From Takakia lepidozioides (taxonomy: Eukaryota > Plantae > Bryophyta), in NCBI GenBank assembly GCA_030704615.1, contig CM060734.1:28210001-28274000 (forward strand): a DNA stretch of 64,000 bases, given 5' to 3'. Made by a program: the position numbers and the translations under genes. Every line of letters begins with the position of its first letter. The first letter of the stretch is position 1. This document shows, in pieces, positions 12,492-23,869 of this stretch. The notes below the pieces were generated by a model. It was given only the letters and a program-made list of their open reading frames with translations, was not told the origin of the DNA and ran no database searches.

Positions 12492-13920
12492 TCAACGCTT
12501 CTTCCGCTTTTGAGGTTGCCCTTCGAAAGCTGCAACCGCCTCGGATGCGTTTCCCATTTCTGAGGCACGCACCCAAGTTGCCTCCACTTGATGATAACCC
12601 TTCCATTTCACGAGATACTGCGTTACTCGATTCTTGAACCTCCTCGACTTAAGCACTGCCTCCACCTCGTACTCAGGTTCATTTTCATGATCCAACAGTA
12701 CAGGTGACAGACGCAACACTTGATGCCGATTTGGTCGCATTTCATCTTTGAAGTAAGGCTTCAAAAGGGAAACGTCTTACTGTTTGCCGGCAGCTCCAAT
12801 TCATACACACCCTCATTCATAACCTTCCGGATGCGAAATGGCCCCGCGTACGGAGCTACGAACTTTGGACTCAATTCCGGAGGTAGTCGAAAATTCTTGA
12901 TGTTCAACCAGACCTCCGTGCCTGCCTCAAACTTAACTTCTCTCCGCTTCCGATTTGCCTGTCGTTCATACCGTTTCCTAGCTTTGGCAATGTTGTACTT
13001 TGCGAGCTCCAACAAACGCTCATGTTTTTCCAGCACCGCCGCTGCTACCGGTTCCTCAACGTCCTGGGCGGCCCAACTTGTCGGCACCAGAGGTGCTTTT
13101 CCATAGACCAATACGAAAGGAGAAACTCCCGTTGCGGAGTGTTTTGTGTTATTATAACAGAACTATGCCGCATCCAAGTGCTCCACCCAGTCTGATTGAT
13201 CTGCCGACACATAATTCCGCAATATCTGCTTCACCACGGAATTCACTCTTTTTGTTTGGCCGTCCGTTGTAGGTCGGAAGGCGGTGCTCATCTTGAGTCT
13301 CGTCCCCATTTTCTTCCAAAGTGCCCTCCAAAATTTACTTGTAAACTTTGAATCGCGGTCCGAGACAATATCCTTCGGAAGTCCATGATGCTTGAAGATG
13401 TGGGCGAAGTAAAGTCGCCCCGTCTCCTGCGCTATTGTTGTCTCCTTGGTGGGAATGAAATGGCCCATTTTACTGAACCTATCCACCACCACCATCATTG
13501 CGTCGAATCCTTTTGACAGCGGCATAGCAGTCATGAAATCCACCGAGACACTTTCCCAAGACCCCTCTGGAATCGGCAAGGGTTGTAACAGCCCCGCTTG
13601 CTTTTTGTACTCGCTCTGGTTTTGTTGGCATGTGGTGCATGTCTTGACATACTCCTTGGCCTCCTCCCTCAGTTTGGGCTAGAAATACTCTTTCTTCAAG
13701 AGTGCCGCGGTGCGCTTGGCTCCGCCGTGGCCCGCAAGCGGGTCATCGTGGCATTCTCTCAAGAGACTATCTCTGATCCCTCCCTTTGGCACGTAGAGAC
13801 GCTTTTGTTTGTATCGGAGCAGTCCATTGTGCAAGTGGAACTACGATTTAACCCCCAACCTTAAGTCCCGCATCACGGCCTTCGCCATCTCATCCTTTCG
13901 GTAAGCCTTCTAGATCTTCC
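12492..13920 (-). pseudogene. Integrase with C-terminal chromodomain
   Basis: CTTCQQN Zn finger; WESVSVDF, IVSDRD and TDGQT core motifs; GPF; EYEVEAVL..YLVKWKGY. Contains stops and frameshifts. Confidence 0.93.
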
Positions 13921-14056
13921 TTTGGAGCGCCGCCTCGCCCCTGTACACCAACATGAGCTGCTACTTTCTACTAAAAGCATCGGCCACCACATTGTCCTGT
14001 CCCGGTTTGTACTGGATATCCACGTCAAACACTGCCAAAGTGTCTTGCCACCTAAG

Positions 14057-15394
14057 TTATTTTGGGGACAACTTAGGCTGTGCGGCAAAATACTTCATTG
14101 TGACATTGTCCGTGAACACCTTCACCGGGTTGGAACCAACATAGTGGCGCCAAAGCTCAAGGCAATACACCACTGCCTTCATTTCTTTCTTGTGCGTAGG
14201 CCACTGTCTCTCCACTTCATTCAGTTTCTTACTTTTGTAAGCCACTGGACGTCCATCCTGCATGAGCACATCCCCAATTGCGAAGTCCGACGCATCTGTA
14301 TGAATCTCAAATGGACGGTCAAACTCCGGGATTTTCAGGACTAGAGCTTCCGCCATCCGCTGCTTCAACTCGGCAAAAGCTTGGCCACAAAAGGTGTTCC
14401 ATAACCATACCTTGGACTTATACAGAAGGTCTGACAGCGGCCCCGCAATCTTGGCGAAATTTCTCACATACTTTCGGTAATAGGAGGCAAGTCCTAGAAA
14501 GGATCGCACTCCCGGGATCGAAGTCGGAGGCTCCCCGTCCAAGATCGCCCTCACCATTCTGTCATCCATTTTGATCCCATCCTGTGTAATCACATGCCCT
14601 AGGAACTCCACTTTTGTGACCCCGAATTTGCACTTTGAAGCTTTGGCATACAGCTTCCCTTCCCGCAATTTCTGGAACACCCTTTTGAGATGCTCCAGGT
14701 GCTCTTCTTTTGTTTTCGAGTACACCAAGATGTCGTCGATGTACACGATCACAAAATCATCCAACCACTCCTGGAAAAGGCTGTTTATTAGCATGCTAAA
14801 GGTTGTGGGTGCGTTGGTGAGCCCAAATGGCATCACCAAGAACTCATACGAACCATATCTTGTCCTACACGCGGTTTTCTCCTCATCTCCTTCCGCCACT
14901 CGGATTTGATGGTAACCCGAGCGCAAATCGATCCGGCTGAAATACTTTGCTCCTGCCAACCGATCGAAGAGGTCATCGATCCTTGGCAGAGGGTACCGGT
15001 TTTTGATAGTCACCTTATTCAGAGCCCTGTAATCGACACACATCCACAGCGTCCCATCCTTCTTGTCTGCGAATAGCACCGGGGCTCCGTAAGGTGACTT
15101 ACTCGGCCGGATGTACCCCTTTGACATTAGATCCTTGAGTTGGGCCTTCAGCTCGACCAACTCTCTGTGGCTCAACCGGTAAGGCGCCTTGGCAGGTGGC
15201 TCCGATCCCGGTATCACCTCTATCTTGTGCTCAACTCCTCTTCGCGGTGGCAAGCCGTTTGGTAAATCCTCCGACATCACATCCTGGTATTTCTCCAAGA
15301 TCCCCTTGATCCAATCTGGGCTCAGCTCCCTATCAACTTCTCCTACCACTTGTCTTACATAAAACAAAAACTGGGGCTCGTGTGGCTCCTCCAC
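14057..15394 (-). CDS. Reverse transcriptase and RNase H
   Basis: [34 protein letters not shown] and [10 protein letters not shown] motifs. Confidence 0.96.
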   Translation of the reverse strand: MEEPHEPQFLFYVRQVVGEVDRELSPDWIKGILEKYQDVMSEDLPNGLPPRRGVEHKIEVIPGSEPPAKAPYRLSHRELVELKAQLKDLMSKGYIRPSKSPYGAPVLFADKKDGTLWMCVDYRALNKVTIKNRYPLPRIDDLFDRLAGAKYFSRIDLRSGYHQIRVAEGDEEKTACRTRYGSYEFLVMPFGLTNAPTTFSMLINSLFQEWLDDFVIVYIDDILVYSKTKEEHLEHLKRVFQKLREGKLYAKASKCKFGVTKVEFLGHVITQDGIKMDDRMVRAILDGEPPTSIPGVRSFLGLASYYRKYVRNFAKIAGPLSDLLYKSKVWLWNTFCGQAFAELKQRMAEALVLKIPEFDRPFEIHTDASDFAIGDVLMQDGRPVAYKSKKLNEVERQWPTHKKEMKAVVYCLELWRHYVGSNPVKVFTDNVTMKYFAAQPKLSPK

Positions 15395-15449
15395 GGCCTA
15401 TTCATTTGCTGACAGTAGGTCTATTCGCCCACCCACTCGGTTGGGCGTT

Positions 15450-17036
15450 TCCGATACCCATAAAACTTCGCCGCCATTCCCACACGGTAGCGTGACTATT
15501 CTCTTGCGGCCATCTATGACCGCTCCGGATTTGCTCAAAAAGGTCATCCCCAAAATGAGATCCACTCCATCAATCTCGCAAATGGTGAAGTTCTCACGTC
15601 CCTCCCAACCCCCGAGCTAAAGAGGAACATCGAACGCCAACCTTGTCGCCAGCTGTGGTTCTCCTTTGGCAGAACGCATTTCAATAGATGCCCCCACATC
15701 ACTTGTCGGGAGCCCCAACTTCCGTGCCGTTGCCGATGTCATGAAGGAGTGCGACGCTCCTGTGTCCACCAACAACGACACGTTAGTTCCGGAAACTATC
15801 CCACTCAAGAACATTAACTGACTCTTTTTACGCAAGGGACCAGTCTCTTGATACAACTCACAAGAGTAGTTGCCTACCTTGCAAGTCTTGGCAACCACCG
15901 CTTCCACCAAGCGGCTGATGGAATCTTTGAACACCTCTGTGGTCGCCCGAGTCATGTTCAATTGTCGGGGTTTTGCGCACTTCTTGGCCATGTGCCCGGG
16001 CTCCCGGCAATTAAAGCACACTCCATCGAAGGTCGCCTTCTATCTGCCATAAGCCGCCGCACCTGATTTTCCTTTCGGAGCACCGGGTGCCATCTTGACG
16101 TGTGTAGGCCCTCCCTTCGATTTCCATGTTCCATTGTCATCGCGTGGCCTATCCCACTTCTTTTCCGGTCGGAAGGAGTAACCCTCCCGCCGGGTATTCT
16201 TGTGGTTCAGCTCCGTACCGCCGTCTTTTGCCCCTAGGGACATCCGAGAAACATTCAGCCCTTTCAATTGCCTCGTTCAAAGTCTTAGGTGGCTTCTCCT
16301 CCAACTTCCGCCTGGCCCATGGGGCCACTCCCGCCACAAAGTTTAAGACCATTTCTGGTTCTGCCATATCCGCGACTTCGAGCAACAACACATTGAAAGC
16401 CTGAACATATCCCCGAATGTCATCCGTTTGCTTCAAATTCCTCATCTTGTCCCGGGCAAGCCAGGATGCGTTGAGGGGCACAAACTTTCTTTTCATAAGT
16501 TCCTTGAACCCACTCCAGCTTAAGGTTTCTGGGTTTGGACCTTGGTCATGAAGGCGTTTCTGCCACCATTGTTGAGCATAGCCTCTCAAATAGGTGGGAG
16601 CCACTCCCACCCGATCCTCGTCACTCAACTTGGCCGCCCGGAAGTACTGCTCTAGCTCCAAGAGCCAGGTGTTGAGTGCCTTCCAATTTTGGACGCCCTT
16701 GAAGGTGCCGGGTTCCTTAGGCTTCACATTAAACTTTGCCTTAGTGGAAGTGACATTAGCCGCCCTCAACACGTCTTTTAACGTCCCACCAAACTGCACC
16801 AACAACCCTTCCCAAAAGGCTGCTGGCATGGGAGACATCTGTTGGTCTGGCGGAGCCTCTGGGAAGTCCTCGGGCTTCGACTCCCAAAATTCCTCCTGTT
16901 CTTGAGCGGCCTCGCTTTCAGAAGCATGAATCACCTCTTCCAATTGCCGCTTCGGTGACACGTCGCCCCCACAGGGCTCACTTGGATCATCATCTTTCGG
17001 GCCGTTCTGCTTTCGTTTTGTCTTGCCCGACCCCAT
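15450..17036 (-). pseudogene. Gag, zinc knuckle and aspartic protease
   Basis: Retrotrans-gag-like YLRGYAQQWW..SWSGFKELMKRKF; CFNCREPGHMAKKC; LLVDTGASHSF. Frameshifted. Confidence 0.92.
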
Positions 17037-17077
17037 GATGAAGCCGATCTCAAGGACGATCGCGTACTGAGCTCTAA

Positions 17078-17089
17078 GCTCTGATACCA
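17078..17089 (-). promoter_or_regulatory. Primer binding site, tRNA-iMet type
   Basis: TGGTATCAGAGC, 2 nt inside the 5' LTR end. Confidence 0.93.
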
Positions 17090-17837
17090 AGTGTCGCGCA
17101 CCTCACTTTGGTAAGCTCCCCTTCAAGTCATAGTTACTCGCTTTGATGCGCGCGCCTAACTCCCAAACTGGCCGCCGGGCCAACTCGGAGCTTTGGCTGC
17201 TCATCAGGACTTTAATGGTCCCCCTTTGCTTTAATGGTCCCCCTTTGCTCCTCCACAAGACCGTCGCTCACTTTGGGCCTAGTGGAAATTCCTTTTGGTT
17301 GTTGGCAGTCCAGAACAACTCCCCACACCTTGGTCGCTTTCCGGCTCGCACGCTTACTCACTAGTTTTTGGTCACCAACGGGCTTGTACCGTTCTTGGGG
17401 TTACTACTCCCTATATATACTTCTGTGACTGTCCGCGGGGGTTTCACAAACAACCCAGTCATTTTATGGCGAACCACCACGAAGACCCTCGATTCCCGGT
17501 GATGAGTCGCGGTGAGTCTTGGCCCACCCACCACGGCCCCATTGGACCGTGATGAGTCCCAAGACTCCCCACGACTCCCACCACAAGGTCTCCGCCCCAT
17601 GGTGAGTCCTATGCCACCCCCACTAAGACCCACTAAGCTACCACCACCCCTCGTGGAACCACCCCCACCGCAACCCGGTGTGCGGGGCTCTACCTAGTGA
17701 GCGCCTCCGCCTCCTTGAGTGCCTTGGGCACTCAAGGGTGCTTCATCCCCCGTACCTATTGTTGCCACTGTCCCCACCACAAGGGCAGCCCCTCTTCTGT
17801 CCCGACCCCCTTACCCTCAAGGTAAAGGGCCGCGACA

Positions 17838-18650
17838 TAGTACCACCCCTAGGCAGAAAGTGGAAAGGCTCAGGCCGAGAGCGGTGCCTCTCCAGAAACG
17901 CATCGATTTCTCCCCTCGGCTCTGGCCACCTATTCGTTGTTCCTTTGGATGCTAGCCTGCGGAGGACAAGCTGGAACCAATCGCACTTGAGGCATGCTAC
18001 CTCTGTGTTTGCAACCCCTTCTCGCAAAGATATAGCCTTGTAGAGCAGCACCGATGCCAGCTGCATGCCCTTGCCGTCACTTGTGCCTGCCCATTGGTTA
18101 ATCCGAGCAGATCGACTTCTTCGCTCAATCTGGAGGTTTTGTAGGGCTTGGGTAAAATGTCCCGCCTCTGGGTTGTCCTCCCTGTCAGCACCATCTGTCT
18201 CATCGACACCCTCCACACCTGTGTTGTCTGCCCGCCTTCTGCCTGGGGGGGTGTCCTGCATTGTGGTGCCTGTCTTCTTGGGTTTCTGTTTCCTTTTTCT
18301 CTGTTTCTTCATGGCCACCGCACCTTGAAGAGTTGTATTAGCTTGTTCAAGGTGTGCGGCAGCTACCACTGTGGCCTCCTCGGCACCTTCCTCCGTGAAT
18401 GGCTCCATGTGTGGGGGTGCCGGTAGCTCCTTCTTCGTGTACTTCTTGTACAAATCCACCTCCCCGTCAGGAATGACATTGGGTGGCAAGTCCAACCACC
18501 AGTAGCAGGGCAGATGTGTGACTTTCACGTACTTGCCTAACTAGTGCCTGCCGTTGTACATTGTGCAGTCAGACCGGAGGCTAGCTCACTGCGACACTGG
18601 CTGACATACACCTGATATGCTTGTTGGCGAGCAAATAAAAGTTTATGTGC
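17838..18650 (-). pseudogene. Large exon, probable downstream part of the ParB-like gene; cut by LTR
   Basis: CAG acceptor, then HINFYLLANKH..CYWWLDLPPN..RWPEPRGEIDAFLERHRSRPEPFHFLPRGGT. A homolog lies at 20551-21340. Confidence 0.6.
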
Positions 18651-18739
18651 CTGTAGCAGTGCATCAAAACTCTTAATCAGGACGGACATTTAGTGTGTTG
18701 GCAATGAGATAGAATTAACTTTCAAACCCCCGGGAAGTA

Positions 18740-19010
18740 GTCGTTGCCCCTATCCAGTATTCGCCAGCGACTATGACACCTAATGATCCAAACCCTGTGT
18801 CATAGTCGGTGCCGACTATGACTCCCAACTGTGAGTTCGTCTGACTGCCAACCGGGACCCTTCCGGAAGTCGTTGCCGACTATGACGCATCGCTACCCCA
18901 GCCAGTCGGTGCCGACTATGTCTACCATGTCTCCCCCCTCTAGTAGTCGTCGCCGACCATTACACTACAGACCAAGACCGCCGACTATTACTATGACTGC
19001 CGACTATAAC
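18740..19010. repeat. Degenerate array of (gtcg)gtgccgactatgac
   Basis: About 7 copies. The full palindrome GTCATAGTCGG-TG-CCGACTATGAC lies near 18799-18822. Confidence 0.75.
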
Positions 19011-20177
19011 ATGCATTTGCTATAGATGTTAGTATGCCCACTACGAGTTTGTGCACCATTTGCTCTGTGACATTTGCCAAACCCATATGGGATGGCAATG
19101 GCAAGAATGTACAAACCTGTAAACGAGCCTCTGGGCCAGTAAAGATCCACCAGGCTGCTTGGTAATCGGCCAACTTTGGCCAGGCCCATCCTTCATCTCG
19201 CATCAAAACAACTCCTTCCAGTACTTGATGCGGAAATCATACCTAGGGTGCGTTCGAAGAGCCGGATTCCAGTTGGCGTTTGTTGGTGATAATAGCTGTG
19301 AGGGAGCGGAGCGCCGTGAGGTGGATTGCTTTGAAACTGTGGATAGGGAGGATGGGGATGTTGAAGTTGTCGTGTATGTCATTGATACAAGCGTTATGAA
19401 TGCCACCTCGAGTATCGGCGGTGATGACGGTTAATGGGCCGGTTTTCCAGCCACGCCGTCAGATTGCAAGGATAAGCGGGGCATATTTTTGTCATTTTTC
19501 TAGGATCGAGTCATTGGGATATCGATCATGGCAAAATGTAAAATCGATGAAGTGAATAGTGATTTGTGGGCATGGTGAGGTGGGAGGCAGGGTGTTAATG
19601 GGTAGGCCCTGCGCAAGGAGTATGTCCGGGCAAAGCCTAGCAGGGCAGGAACATGGTGATCGGGTACATATGAATGGTAGTAGCCATGGTGGTACAGTGT
19701 GGTCTGGTGGCCGACCTTGGGAGGGTGGTTATCTCAAATAGAAACCCAGTTCCTAGAGTAGGATCGCAAATAGAAGAATACTTGGCAATTTTTGTGTACC
19801 ACTTCGTCCTGTGTACTTGGAAAATGCTCGCAAGCTTCTTTCGGATGAGCTCGGTGTTTTCAGCGGTGGGAGGCAAGTGAGCATGGGCATCCAAACAGGT
19901 GTTTCTAATTCTATGGAATCCCTCCTGACCCATATACTCTATGAGGGCGTCCCGCAACATAGTCATCCAGTTCCTATCCCGTAAACGTCTGGTGGAAGAG
20001 TTGTTTCGTACTGCTCAACAAGTGTTGTTGCATACTTCTGGAAGTAGAATAGCTTGTGTGGAAGTTCATTGGACAAATTTCCTCGATCTGTAATGCTGCA
20101 AAACGCACAGTACATGGTTTTTTAGTCAGCATGGACCTCATGGAAAATTGTCTCCAAACCTTGAAGCACCTCTGCAT
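18991..20177 (-). pseudogene. Fragmented ORFs of unknown function
   Basis: ORFs 19974-20177 and 19637-19966 join across a 1-bp frameshift. Further pieces at 19203-19406 and 18991-19206. No recognised motif. Confidence 0.35.
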
Positions 20178-20550
20178 GGTTCTTGAGCAGATTGTGGGCT
20201 GAATGGCACGTCAATCACTGCACCAAACTGCCATAGTCGGCTCCACAGAGGTCAGCTGGCTTCTTAATTGATACCTAGGCGACACCCCCACTAAGAAATC
20301 TCAACAAATTGACGCAAGCCTACTCCCACAATACCCTCCCTCCAGACATCCTCAAACTCCTCATCACCTCATTTCAGTTAACACACTCATATTACTCCAG
20401 CCCACTCACCTGCCCCCTTGAGCTTTTTTTGTACGACAGTAGGTTTGAAGATTCTTCGTAATTCCATCAATTTTGGTTTCTACAAAAGTTGAGGTCATGG
20501 TGGAGTGCGGAGGTTCGGTACATTAACACGTGTCTCGTGCAATTTTGTAG

Positions 20551-21340
20551 GTACCTCAACTTCTACTTGCTCGCCAACAAGCACATAAATTGTATGTCGG
20601 CCATGGTCACACAGTGGGCTAGTCAGCAGGGTGACTGCACAATGTACAACGGAAGGCAGATGGGCCTGTACATGAAAGCCTCACATCTGTCGTGCTTTTG
20701 GTGGCTCGACTTGCAACCGAATATTATTCATGATGAGGAGGCCGAAGTGTACAAGAAGTACACGAATCACGAACTAGAGGCACCAACAAACATGGAGCCC
20801 TTGATGGAGGAAGGTGCCGAGGAGGCCGCCGACGTAGCTGCAGCCCAAATTGAACAAGCCAACACTGCTCTACAGGCTGCAGTGGCAACAAAAATATAGC
20901 GGAAAAGGAAACAGAAACCTAAGAAAAATGCCGCCACAGTGGAAGACACCCCCCCAGGCAGAAGGCATGGAGGCAACACTAGTGTGGAGGGTGTGGATGA
21001 GACAGATGGTGCAAACAGGCATGACAACGCAGCCTATGGAAATTTTACCCAAGCCTTGCATAATTTTCAGGTGGAGCGGAGGAACAGGTCTGCTTAGATC
21101 TTGACATTCGGGGCAGGAGGCAATGCGGGCATGATGTTACAGCTTGCATCTGTGTTGCTGTACGAAGCGATAGCTTTGCGAGAGGGGGTTGCAAACACAA
21201 AGGTAACATGCCTCAAGTGCGGTTGGTTCCAATTTGTCATCCGGAGGTTGGCCACAAAAGGGTCGTCCACTCAGTGGCCGGAGCCCAGGGGCGAAATTGA
21301 CTCATTGCACCGGCAACATGCCTGGCCCCATCCCTATTGG
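20551..21340 (+). pseudogene. Second copy of the large exon (probable ParB-like gene continuation)
   Basis: TAG|G TAC acceptor, then YLNFYLLANKH..CFWWLDLQPN..QWPEPRGEID. Contains internal stops. Confidence 0.6.
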
Positions 21341-21487
21341 TAATCATTGGTACCGACTATGACTTTGGCGTCTATTGCAAGCTCGTCTTGTGTCAAAGGC
21401 ATACCGGGGAGTAACTTACACTTCACATATTAAACCTTTGAAACATTCCAAGCACAAACTTATTGACAAACGTTACAAATGAACAGG

Positions 21488-21856
21488 GTATCGCCATCTC
21501 CTTTGAGCACAGGGCACATGCCGAGGAACATAACGAGCTATCTATAGTAACGCAGTACAACATACCCATTGTGGAGACGAGTGTCGGAGTCACAGTGGAG
21601 AATTGCAAGGACATTGCCGGCATTTCAAGGGAAGTGATGCGCCATCCGGGTGGATACGAGAGCACGCTGTGGTGAGATGATTCGGAGGAACCCATGCGAT
21701 GTTGTACCTGCACCTTGTTTCAGCGGCAGATTTTTTACTCCCAAATTTTCTCACGCCACAACGCAGACGTTTTGGTTCTGTAGGCACGACATAATGACTT
21801 GTGTATTTGGCAAGCCCAAGTACGGGATTCAGGGATGTCGGAGCCTCCGGGCGTCC
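21488..21856 (+). pseudogene. Inverted fragment of the MULE transposase
   Basis: Matches ~8342-8633 and extends to GKPKYGIQG..EPPG. Confidence 0.85.
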
Positions 21857-22290
21857 ACCTGTGGTTGGCCAGCTTCTCCAGATTGCAGGGGAATTTGATT
21901 GAGGCAAATCCACTTTTTCTTTATAAGTTTGAATGGCCCCGCAGGGCCAATGCATCTCCAGATTTCAATCTCTGTCTTTGCATCCCCCTTGCAAAAAATC
22001 ACAAGGCACCCTTTCTCTTTCAATAGGGAGGATGCCAGTGCCAGTGCATGAGGTACTATATCCTTGCTCTTGTTGTTCCAACTCGCAACAACATTGTCTC
22101 GGCCAGTGCCTTTCATGACTTGCCCATCGGGGAGGTCAATCAAAACCAAGTCCGCCCCTGCTTTTGTTCCCCTGGGCAAACGGTGTAGAGGGTCAGTGGG
22201 TACGTGCCTCTCAACTCCTTCGAGGTGGTCATCCTCCGTGTCTGACTCGTGCTCTTCATAAAACTTTGTGATATCCAGAAGTCCATAATG
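21857..22290 (-). pseudogene. N4/N6 DNA methyltransferase-like fragment
   Basis: GADLVLIDLPDG...W...ALALASSLLKEKGCLVIFC resembles motifs IV-VI of beta-class amino-MTases (DLxxxDPPY...xxLKxxGxxxI). The DPPY motif is degenerate. Confidence 0.5.
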
Positions 22291-22427
22291 TGGTTAAAAG
22301 ATATTACTTTAATATTGCCTGTCTCATTCCTGGAGTTTTGGGGTGCATTTCATTACACTGCAAAACAAAGTCTAATGCATAAAAATGCAATTGCAAATAT
22401 CCATATGGTGGATTCCCTTTGCCCCAT

Positions 22428-23812
22428 CAATGATTTCTGGAATCCCGGCGGAGGAGTTTGTGCAGCTCGTTCACGCTCAACGCTGGTGCATGAACAAAGT
22501 CATCAATACTCAAGTTCATCCTCAACCTCTTCAGGTAAATGTAATATAGATGCTAATACTTTGTCCCCTTCTTTGCTTCCATCAACGAGAAGTCCGTACA
22601 ATTGCAGGTCGGCTCCACTCCGATTGTAATTGTGTATATGTCGTTGCGTACAGCTGAGCCGGCCGTTGCCATCCGATAAACACGCCCAAGGCCGGGTGCG
22701 GGTACGTCCACGGAGCTCTGAATAGTGCAAGCCATCCCAAGAGCATTGGCAATCCAAGTCTCATTCAACTTGTTGGGAGGGTGTCGTCACTTCACTCTTT
22801 CGAATCGCATTGTGGGATGTGCAGAATTGTCCAATCCGTCTCTACTGGACCTCGCAGTCTGCAATGGCTGGGTCTGAGGAACTGGAAATGGGTGGACCGG
22901 GACGTCTGTGCGTTGCACCATTCGAAATCCTGCTACAGTTAGAGCATCCGCCTAATTCTGAGAGAGGTTGCAACCCGGTGCAACCTCTCCGCCATGAATC
23001 CTCTCCGCTGACGAGACCTCCTAAGGCAATATTACGGGACCACGAGGGAGAGTGCGAGTATTCTTGTCAGCTCGCCATGAATCCTCTTCTACGCCAGGTG
23101 CCTCGTCAAGTCTTCGTCTCATTGGACGGGTGTGAACATCTCCTTCCAAGTGTTGGCCTCTTCGAAGCGATGGCGTGTCTCGAAGGCCCTCTCGCAAGGC
23201 TGCTGCTCACTTCCGAGGATTCTTCGATTTGGAGGCAGTCCGCATCAGCATTTCTTGCCTGTCTGGCCCCAAGCCCCATTGTTTCCCTTTCAAGAACTTG
23301 TTGTACCTGCATTGCTGCATAATTGACCTGACAATGTCCTCCGTTGTGGCAGTGAGGATGTCCACCAGATGCGCTGCAGAGGAGGCACGCCAGGAAGAAT
23401 GTACTGATTCGGCCATGTTTGTTGTCAGCATGTTGGTGTCGGAGTCCAAACACATTTCCTGCACATGCACATTCTGAGGTTACAAGCAAGTTACAAATAA
23501 TGACTAGCATAATATTGAACTGGACGTGAATTCGTCCAACTCACCTCAAGCATATAGTCGCCGAACTGGAGGAAACGATAATGCCACCATGCTAGCCAAC
23601 TGACCATTGCTCCCTCGACTGATTTCTTTACAGCACCTGACGTTGTCCACCAAGCCCGTATACATGCAAACTGTGTCTCTGCATCATCCAAGGTGGGAGC
23701 ACGCTTCCACGCAAGACACATGTAATGGTGCTCCTCTCTGAATTCTGGCACCACGAGCTTGGTTGTGTACTGCAACAAGCTCTGCAGAAAATGGAACCCA
23801 CAAGATCTCTTC
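22428..23812 (-). pseudogene. MULE transposase copy 2: DDE C-terminal half (23010-23812) and SWIM region (22428-22984)
   Basis: RSCGFHFLQSL; the same intron as copy 1 (~23459-23544); TTNMAESVH; YTITIGVEPTCNCTDF..HLYYIY. Confidence 0.85.
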
Positions 23813-23869
23813 ACTGCAAGCCCAACATCGCGGCTTGGAAATACCCCTTACCAACGCTCGCAGAAGAGC

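Larger units (their letters stand above)
12214..17837 (-). mobile_element. Chromovirus A copy 2: 5' LTR, PBS, gag-pol, chromodomain (decayed, 3' end displaced)
   Basis: LTR 17092-17837, then PBS, gag, CCHC knuckle, protease, RT, RNase H, integrase and chromodomain in Ty3/Gypsy order. Confidence 0.96.

Noticed and set aside
9245-17837. LTRs 9245-9975 and 17092-17837 as one intact insertion or as TIRs
   Set aside because: No shared TSD and visibly diverged. The opposite orientation is explained by the inversion.
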